From positions 960,001 to 1,024,000 of the forward strand of contig CAWJET010000002.1 in assembly GCA_963842085.1 (NCBI GenBank): a stretch of DNA of 64,000 nt, in the 5' to 3' direction. A model generated the notes under the pieces. The model ran no database searches. It saw nothing but the letters and a program-made list of their open reading frames with translations, and was not told the origin of the DNA. A program made the translations under genes and the position numbers. The DNA is from an uncultured delta proteobacterium (GTDB lineage Bacteria > Desulfobacterota > Binatia > Binatales > Binataceae). Positions 57,841 through 64,000 of this stretch are shown piece by piece (position 1 is the stretch's first letter; every line of letters starts with the position of its first letter).

Positions 57841-58653
57841 CTACTCTTTAGGCGGTTGCGTACTTGCGAACGGGCCGAGTTTCAGGAACGTAACTCCGCC
57901 GCTGTACGTGCCAGTGTTCGAGTTCCCACTGCTATCGTCTGCACTCGGGCCGTTCTCTTCGTCTAGTTCGTAAAACGCCAGCGGCTTGTCGGCTAGTACT
58001 GCTGAGTCGTACGCAGCGTCGGAAGCGGCGGCAGCGTGTGCTTTTATCCTCTCCGCACTGAGGGCTGAGTTATAGACCGCTACTTTCGCGAGCGTGGCGT
58101 TGCTCCATCTGTCACCGCCTAAATCTCGGCCGATCGCCGCACTATCAGTTGGAGCGTGAGGTGTACCCGATGAGGTCGCGGCGTAAGGAGCGCCATCAAT
58201 GTAGAACGAGGGAGCCGACCCTGCCGCGCCGATTACGAACGCAATATGATGCCAAGCGCCCGCAGAGAGCGTGGGATCGCCGGCTGGATAGAACCACGCA
58301 GAGTTTTCGTATAGGCCGATCACGGCGTTGCCCGTGTTCGAAGCATCAAAGCTGGTATGACTCGCCCCCAGGCCGATTCCGTAACCTGTGTTGGCGTCTC
58401 CAATCTTCACAAAGCAACCCTTTGCGCCGGTCGGAAGTTTAGCCCAGGCCTCCAGAGTTACATTCGCGGCCGCCGTAGTTACGACGGGTATCGAGACTTC
58501 ACCTGTCGCTCCGTCGAATGAAACCGCCATCCCTGTGACTGCTCGACCACTACCACTGCATCCTGTCGTCAGCACTATCACACCGAAACGTCCGGCAACG
58601 ATTGCGAGACCCAAGGCGAACGAGACAAAGTGGCGCGAAAGGTATTTCCTCAT
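57841..58653 (-). CDS. LamG/ConA-like jelly-roll exported protein (probable lipoprotein)
   Basis: Signal peptide with TTGC; TLEAW, WHHIAFV, FYIDG, VAVYNSALS and PLAFYELDE..DSSGN. Confidence 0.8.
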   Translation of the reverse strand: MRKYLSRHFVSFALGLAIVAGRFGVIVLTTGCSGSGRAVTGMAVSFDGATGEVSIPVVTTAAANVTLEAWAKLPTGAKGCFVKIGDANTGYGIGLGASHTSFDASNTGNAVIGLYENSAWFYPAGDPTLSAGAWHHIAFVIGAAGSAPSFYIDGAPYAATSSGTPHAPTDSAAIGRDLGGDRWSNATLAKVAVYNSALSAERIKAHAAAASDAAYDSAVLADKPLAFYELDEENGPSADDSSGNSNTGTYSGGVTFLKLGPFASTQPPKE

Positions 58654-58749
58654 GAGACCTATGCTGTGCGCACCGGGTAGGCTGCCGCTATCAACGCACG
58701 CTTGGTCATGTCCTTCCTTCCACGAATCCTTTCCCGGCGCGGCCCTTGG

Positions 58750-59571
58750 CTATGCTTTCTTCGCGAATGGACGATCGCGCTCCGTGAGCGCGCCCTTGAG
58801 ACCCTTTTCGCGGCTCGCCTTCATCCAGTTCTTCACCGTGTCCGTCTGATGCGCGATCACGTCGATGTCCGCCGCCGACTGCTCGGCCGCGCGAATCCCG
58901 AGGATATCGAGATAGCGATTCACCGCCGCCTTGTGCAGCATCAGCAGCTCGGCCGGCACCATCGCGACGCGGCGCGCATAGTTCATCGTTTCTTGCTCGA
59001 GCTTGTCCTTGGGGAAAACGCGATTGACCAGGTGCCATTCGAGCGCTTCTTTCGCCGACATGTAGTCACCGGTGAAAAAGTACTCTTTCGTTTTGCGCGG
59101 ACCCATCAGCACCGGCCACATCGACATCGTCGGCAGGATCCCGAGCGAGCGGCCCGCCGGATGCCCGAACTGCGCGTCCTCGCTGGCGAACACGATATCG
59201 CAGTGCCCGACGAACTCCGTGCCGCCCGCCAGGCAGTAGCCGTGCACCTGCGCGATCGTCGGTTTGTTGATCGACCACAGCCGCTGCCATCGCTCGATCG
59301 TCTTGTGCAGGCCCATCCGGTCGTTGGTGACGGTGAAGGTCGAGCCGGGATGCTGCGTGCCCTGCAAGTCGTAGCCGGCCGAGAACGCGCGCCCGGCGCC
59401 GCGAATTATCAGCACGCTGGCGTCGGCATTCGACTCGAACTCGTCCATCACCGAGTCGAGTTCCTTGAGCAGCTTTTGCGACAGCGCGTTGAGCTTCTCC
59501 GGCCGGTTGAGCGTCAGCCGGTAGATTTTGTCCTCGGCCTTTTCGTAAATGACGGTTTCGTAGTTCGCCAT
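58750..59571 (-). CDS. Enoyl-CoA hydratase/isomerase family
   Basis: LTLNRPEKLNAL, AFSAGYDL and KPTIAQVHGYCLAGG. Confidence 0.93.
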   Translation of the reverse strand: MANYETVIYEKAEDKIYRLTLNRPEKLNALSQKLLKELDSVMDEFESNADASVLIIRGAGRAFSAGYDLQGTQHPGSTFTVTNDRMGLHKTIERWQRLWSINKPTIAQVHGYCLAGGTEFVGHCDIVFASEDAQFGHPAGRSLGILPTMSMWPVLMGPRKTKEYFFTGDYMSAKEALEWHLVNRVFPKDKLEQETMNYARRVAMVPAELLMLHKAAVNRYLDILGIRAAEQSAADIDVIAHQTDTVKNWMKASREKGLKGALTERDRPFAKKA

Positions 59572-59586
59572 ATGAGCCTCCGGCGC

Positions 59587-60414
59587 TTACTTCACCGCGG
59601 CCAGGAAGTCGCCCGCCACGCGCACGGTTTCCTCCGGCGCCTCCCAGAAAAACATGTGGCCCGCGGCCTTGAGCGTATGCATTTTCGAACCCGCGATCGC
59701 GCCGTGCAAAACCTCCGCGTTCGGATACGGCACGATCGCATCGTCGTCGCCGTGAATAATAAGTGTCGGCGACTTGATTTGTCCAAGCCGCGCGAAGCTG
59801 TCGAATCCGGCAATTGCCTGTCCCTGGCGCATAAACGTATGCATCGGCGTCATCGGGTAGTTGCCCATCTCCGCGAGCGCCTGCGTCAGCGTCGCCTGGC
59901 CCGCCGCCGAATTCAGAAACGTCTTTCCGCACGCCACCGAAAATGCGCGCCGCGCCTGCTCGAGCAGATCCATCCCCGGCACCGGCAGCAGGTTGGCAAT
60001 CGCCGCCGGATCGGCCGCAATCGAATGACTCGCGCCGCAGTTGGTGCATCCGAGCACCAGCCCGCGCGTGCGCGACGGATACGCCAGCGCGAATTCCTGC
60101 GCGATCATCCCGCCCATCGAGACTCCGAAAACATGCGCGCGCGGCGTCTGCGCACGATCCAGCACCGCCGCGATATCCGCCGCCATGTCGCCGAGCGTGA
60201 ACTCGGTGTCGGGCTTGTCGCTCTCGCCCGTGCCGCGATTGTCGATAACGAAAACTTTGAAGCGCGCTTCCATCAGTTTCAAAAACGCCTCGCCCCATCC
60301 GCGGCTCGAGCCGCTGAATCCCATGATAAGCGCGACCGGCTCGCCCTGCCCTCTCACCTCGTAGCGAAGCTTGAGGCCGTCTCTTGTCTCAGCAAAATCG
60401 CGAACTGCTGCCAC
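59587..60414 (-). CDS. Alpha/beta hydrolase
   Basis: DNRGTGES, GVSMGG, HGDDD and GHMFF. Confidence 0.92.
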   Translation of the reverse strand: MAAVRDFAETRDGLKLRYEVRGQGEPVALIMGFSGSSRGWGEAFLKLMEARFKVFVIDNRGTGESDKPDTEFTLGDMAADIAAVLDRAQTPRAHVFGVSMGGMIAQEFALAYPSRTRGLVLGCTNCGASHSIAADPAAIANLLPVPGMDLLEQARRAFSVACGKTFLNSAAGQATLTQALAEMGNYPMTPMHTFMRQGQAIAGFDSFARLGQIKSPTLIIHGDDDAIVPYPNAEVLHGAIAGSKMHTLKAAGHMFFWEAPEETVRVAGDFLAAVK

Positions 60415-60474
60415 GTCGGAAATCTCCTCTTCCTCGAATACCAGCGATGAATACTAACTACAGACGGGCAAGGT

Positions 60475-61212
60475 TCAAGCGGCGGCGCTGTCAACCGCGG
60501 CGTCGGCGAGGAGCGACCCGAGGATTCGATACACCTCGCGATTGACGATCAGGCTGGCGTGCAGTCCGGAGACTTCGAAATTGGCGCCGGCGTCGTCGAT
60601 GCATGCTTGCCATTGCACGACCTCGTCGCGGCGCGTGTAGATCGCGCTGAAACGGCTCTGCTTCGGAGTCGGCGCGAACACCGCGTCGGCGATTCCGCAT
60701 GAGCACTCCATCGTGCCGCAGTTCTCTGGTGCACTGGAAAATGTCTGCCAGAAAGCCTGGATCGCCTGCAGTGCGGGACGGACCTGATCGTGCACTCCCG
60801 TCCATCCGTTGCGAATCGGCGAGCCAAGCGCCACCACCTGGCTCACGATTGCGGGGTTTGCCGTCGCGATTGCGCGGCCGAGCACGCCGCCCAGGCTGTG
60901 TCCGATGATTGTCACGCGCTGGCCGGATTCGCGCGCGATCTTTTCCACCCGCCATCCCACCAGTTCCATCTTGCGCCGCGGGCATCCGACGTTGAGATCG
61001 ATTCCCGACAGGTACGCCCGGTATCCCACGCGCCCGAGCCATCGCGCCAGCGTGCCGAGCGACCAATCGCCCGCGGTGAATCCGGGAATCAGCAGGACGG
61101 GCCGCCCGTCGCCCGGCGGCACTCCCACGCCGTAGCCGACCGGGTCGCGCACCAGCGAAGCGAACTGCCGCAGGAAGTCGAAGTAGGCGGAGGCGGTAAG
61201 TTGCAGCAGCAT
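60475..61212 (-). CDS. Alpha/beta hydrolase (lipase/esterase, PGAP1-like)
   Basis: VLLIPGF, GHSLGG, LGSP, DEVV and His near the C-terminus; start taken at ATG 61212. Confidence 0.88.
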   Translation of the reverse strand: MLLQLTASAYFDFLRQFASLVRDPVGYGVGVPPGDGRPVLLIPGFTAGDWSLGTLARWLGRVGYRAYLSGIDLNVGCPRRKMELVGWRVEKIARESGQRVTIIGHSLGGVLGRAIATANPAIVSQVVALGSPIRNGWTGVHDQVRPALQAIQAFWQTFSSAPENCGTMECSCGIADAVFAPTPKQSRFSAIYTRRDEVVQWQACIDDAGANFEVSGLHASLIVNREVYRILGSLLADAAVDSAAA

Positions 61213-61614
61213 ACTGATTACGCGTTGGCGCGACACTGCCACGAAACGCGGTAACAGTAAAGTCAGGCGCGCGTAATGGATGTGGAAAAGTGCGCTGAAC
61301 TCCTGAGTAATTCCGCTTCGTTCGGCGAAGCGGAAACAAACATTGTTTTTGAACTGAGTTTGGGATGAACGGCTGCTTTTGTTGACTTTCTCCGCCAATT
61401 CTTCCGTCGGCTTCAAATTGTCGGAAGGCGCGAATGAAAATAAGCATTGGGAGAGTGAGAGGATCGGAAGATTGCGATGCGGGGGCGAGGTCGCAACGGG
61501 CGAGAAATGCCGGGTGCGCGTTGGCGGGACTCAGGTGCTGTGAGGTGAGTGAGTGGAAGGGAGTGGTCCGGGAAGTCATATTAAGGATTATAGCATAGCG
61601 GTATGACAACCGTT

Positions 61615-61636
61615 GGCAGGGGTGACCCCTGCACCC
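61615..61636 (-). repeat. GGGTGCAGGGGTCACCCCTGCC hairpin repeat, copy 3
   Basis: Reverse complement matches 47811-47832; lies at the border of the right-hand accessory region. Confidence 0.75.
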
Positions 61637-61751
61637 AGTGATTTTGGGGTGTGCGCTGGTACCGCGCTCCTTCGTCGCGCTGTGGTCTCGCTGCGATGTC
61701 GAGACCTCGATGAACAGCCGGTGTATAACTACTGTGACTGAGGTGCACCGG

Positions 61752-62318
61752 ATGCAGAAACCCGATTACGAGGATAACTTCCGCGCGACGCTCAAGCGGC
61801 TGCTGGCCGAAACGCACAACCTTTTATCAGTGCAGGCCTCGCTGGAGGCGCTCTACGAGGCGCTGGTTCACCACCAAACCGGGTCCATCATACTGGAACA
61901 GTCGTTCAACGCGTTCATAGGGGACAGGCTCGCCCGCCTAATCCGAATGCTGGAAGACAGTGAAGAAACGGCTTCCTTCTGGTACTTGCACCGGTGTGAG
62001 CGCGACAACGTCGCGAAGGACATCGACATCGCTCGTCTGAAAGACCTCTCCTCGAAGGATAAGCTCAGGCTCATCCGCGACAAGGCCTTCTTTCACATCG
62101 ACAAGGATCACGTCGCCGATTCGCAGGCGGTCTACAAGCGGGCCAACATCTTCGCGAGTGAAATCATCTGGGCGATGGAGGCCATCTGGCGCACCCTGAA
62201 CCGACTCTACGCGGAGCGCTTCGGACAACCCTATGAGCAGGCGCACATGACCTTGCCCGGCGCGAGGGAAACATTCAAACGCGATCTCGCAAAGTTGCTC
62301 GGAGCGGCGGGAAAATAA
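61752..62318 (+). CDS. HEPN-like protein (AbiU2-like)
   Basis: All-helical; LIRMLE...SFWYL and RDKAFFHID (R-x5-H). Confidence 0.6.
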   Translation: MQKPDYEDNFRATLKRLLAETHNLLSVQASLEALYEALVHHQTGSIILEQSFNAFIGDRLARLIRMLEDSEETASFWYLHRCERDNVAKDIDIARLKDLSSKDKLRLIRDKAFFHIDKDHVADSQAVYKRANIFASEIIWAMEAIWRTLNRLYAERFGQPYEQAHMTLPGARETFKRDLAKLLGAAGK

Positions 62319-62742
62319 AAAGGCGCGCCGTTCGAAGACGACAGCCCCCCGCGTTGAATCAGGCGATCGACTGTCCATCCCACGCGCATCGCATGCGAAC
62401 CGCCTAGCACCGTAGGATCCACGAATGAGCTGCAAGATCTGTAAGGAACCAGACGTATCCCCGCGCGGTATAACTCCGCCACCGCCGCCCAGCGCTGGAC
62501 CTCGTTGTCGTAAGCACTGGAATGAGTGGAAGCTGGAACATCGAAAACGTCGCGCTCCACGTCCCGCGCGGAACGATCGGCGAAAATAAACACGCGCGAG
62601 AACTTAGACACTGGCCGAAACGTTTGCCAGATCGACCTGTGCTTGCGGCGCTGCGAGATCGTCGTCGAGCGCGATCGCGCGCGGATTGGAGATTCCGGAT
62701 CGGCAGAACCCATAGCGTGTCGCGCGGCTGTCTGCTAACTCA

Positions 62743-63264
62743 ATGTCGATGACGCTTCGCCTCGTAACCGCCGCCCCCATTCTGGCCGTCGTGCTGATCG
62801 GGTGTTCGACCCCGTATCAGAGCCACGGATTCCGGGGCGGATACTCAGATACGCGGATCGATTCTAATACCGCGCTCATCTCTTTCAAGGGAAACGGCTA
62901 CACCGGCCACGAAAAGGTTGAAACCTATTTGCTCCGGTGCTGCGGCGAAGTAACCCTAGCTGACGGCTTTGACTACTTCGTAATTGTCGATAAGGATGAC
63001 GAGGCTGTCCATGGTTCAATCAACACCCCCGGTTCGTATTCATCGAACACGTCAGCGACCGCGATTGGATCGGGGAACGTAGCGTTTGGTCAAGCACATA
63101 CTACTGGAACCTTCTACCCGGGCCAATCGATTCCATACACGAAGCATCGCTCTGAGGTGATGATAAAAATGTTCAAGGGGCAGAGGCCCGGCGACGACAG
63201 TCGCGCATTCGACGCGCACGAGCTGGCGCACTATCTCGGCGCTCCCAGCGAAGGGGCGAACTAA
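62743..63264 (+). CDS. CC0125/CC1285-type lipoprotein
   Basis: LIGC lipobox, STPYQ..GGYSD..FKGNGYT..EVTL.DGFDYF. Confidence 0.75.
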   Translation: MSMTLRLVTAAPILAVVLIGCSTPYQSHGFRGGYSDTRIDSNTALISFKGNGYTGHEKVETYLLRCCGEVTLADGFDYFVIVDKDDEAVHGSINTPGSYSSNTSATAIGSGNVAFGQAHTTGTFYPGQSIPYTKHRSEVMIKMFKGQRPGDDSRAFDAHELAHYLGAPSEGAN

Positions 63265-63304
63265 ACATTTTAGCTGCAACGATCACGAGACCTGACTCGA
63301 CAAT

Positions 63305-64000
63305 ATGGACTACTTCCACGTTTCTTATATCGGTCGTGTTGCGCTCCTTTATCCGATTATCAACCGGTTGAACGAACTGAAGGGGAGCGCCCGCGGCGCC
63401 CAACTCGGCACTTGGGGGCCCAAGATGGGCGATGCGGCGATTGCGCTAATTACAAAGATCCGAGCTGTCGAGATTGCTGTCGAGCGGCTTCAAAAAGACA
63501 TCAAAGACCTTGATAGAGAACTTTCGGAAAGAGTCGAGGAAATCGATAGATGTATTGCGCGCAAACCGATAGGTCTTTCTCTGCAAAATGATGAAATTGG
63601 GTTTCATCTCGTGGCAAGTCTCGATGCGTTTCTGTATGAGGCACGTTCGACTTTCGAAATGCTGCGTACCTTTGTGATTAGATTCACGCGACATATTCTC
63701 AAGCAGCGTTGCCACGAGAATGATGCTGAGCGAACGTTAGAACAAGGCATGCGCGCGCACGGACATAGTTTCGATTGGGTAGAGGAACTCCAGAAATACA
63801 GAGCCAGCTTCTTCCACGAAACCGCGCCATGGTTTGCTCTGGAGATGACCAGCCGCGATCCGCGTCGCTACGAACTCCTTATTCTTAACGAAAATGTCGA
63901 TGACCTTGAGAAAACTCCGAACTACATCAGATTCGAAAGCTACCGGAGCATTTGGTTTGGCCTACAAGCGTGTGCAGCGGATATGCAGGAATGGGCGCTC
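63305..64000 (+). CDS. HEPN-like protein (Cthe_2314-like), runs off right edge
   Basis: Not in the ORF track; open from ATG 63305 to the end: LDAFLYEARSTFEML...DWVEELQKYRASFFHE (R-x4-H); lower GC than flanks. Confidence 0.55.
   Translation, partial: MDYFHVSYIGRVALLYPIINRLNELKGSARGAQLGTWGPKMGDAAIALITKIRAVEIAVERLQKDIKDLDRELSERVEEIDRCIARKPIGLSLQNDEIGFHLVASLDAFLYEARSTFEMLRTFVIRFTRHILKQRCHENDAERTLEQGMRAHGHSFDWVEELQKYRASFFHETAPWFALEMTSRDPRRYELLILNENVDDLEKTPNYIRFESYRSIWFGLQACAADMQEWAL

Noticed and set aside
62231-62713. 160-aa minus-strand ORF between the HEPN-like gene and the lipoprotein
   Set aside because: Overlaps the upstream gene end and has no recognisable motif; may be a gene remnant but cannot be supported
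61600-64000. Integron cassette array
   Set aside because: No convincing attC (RYYYAAC...GTTRRRY paired stems) between the ORFs and no integrase visible

Overview
GC-rich bacterial chromosomal window. Gene content and style suggest a deltaproteobacteria-like soil lineage such as Candidatus Binatota (inference only). From left to right: a partial GT28/MGDG-synthase-like glycosyltransferase coupled to a PlcP/LpxH-like metallophosphoesterase; tRNA-Glu; a catalytically divergent DHOD-like flavoprotein; panE-like and JAB genes; a perfect parS palindrome; HigBA and a decayed PIN gene; and a repeat-flanked lipoprotein. Next is the most notable locus, a TetR-controlled operon of three ferritin-like (DUF455-type) proteins plus two paralogous small NTF2-like proteins and a flavoprotein, which is a candidate multi-subunit diiron enzyme. 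Then come pckG, Phd-VapC and a dcw cluster (mraZ to ftsZ) lacking murF and ddl, with an atypical FtsQ and a doubled FtsZ tail motif. These are followed by an orphan BrxC/DUF6079-like ATPase behind a two-component pair, UPF0182, ThDP decarboxylase/acyl-CoA ligase, SDR, amidohydrolase and DJ-1/GlxA. The right part holds a GT-C-like surface-modification cluster with one gene broken by a 119-bp MITE, hydrolases, and an accessory edge with two HEPN-like ORFs. No CRISPR array or rRNA was seen. Family assignments come from motif recognition, not database searches.
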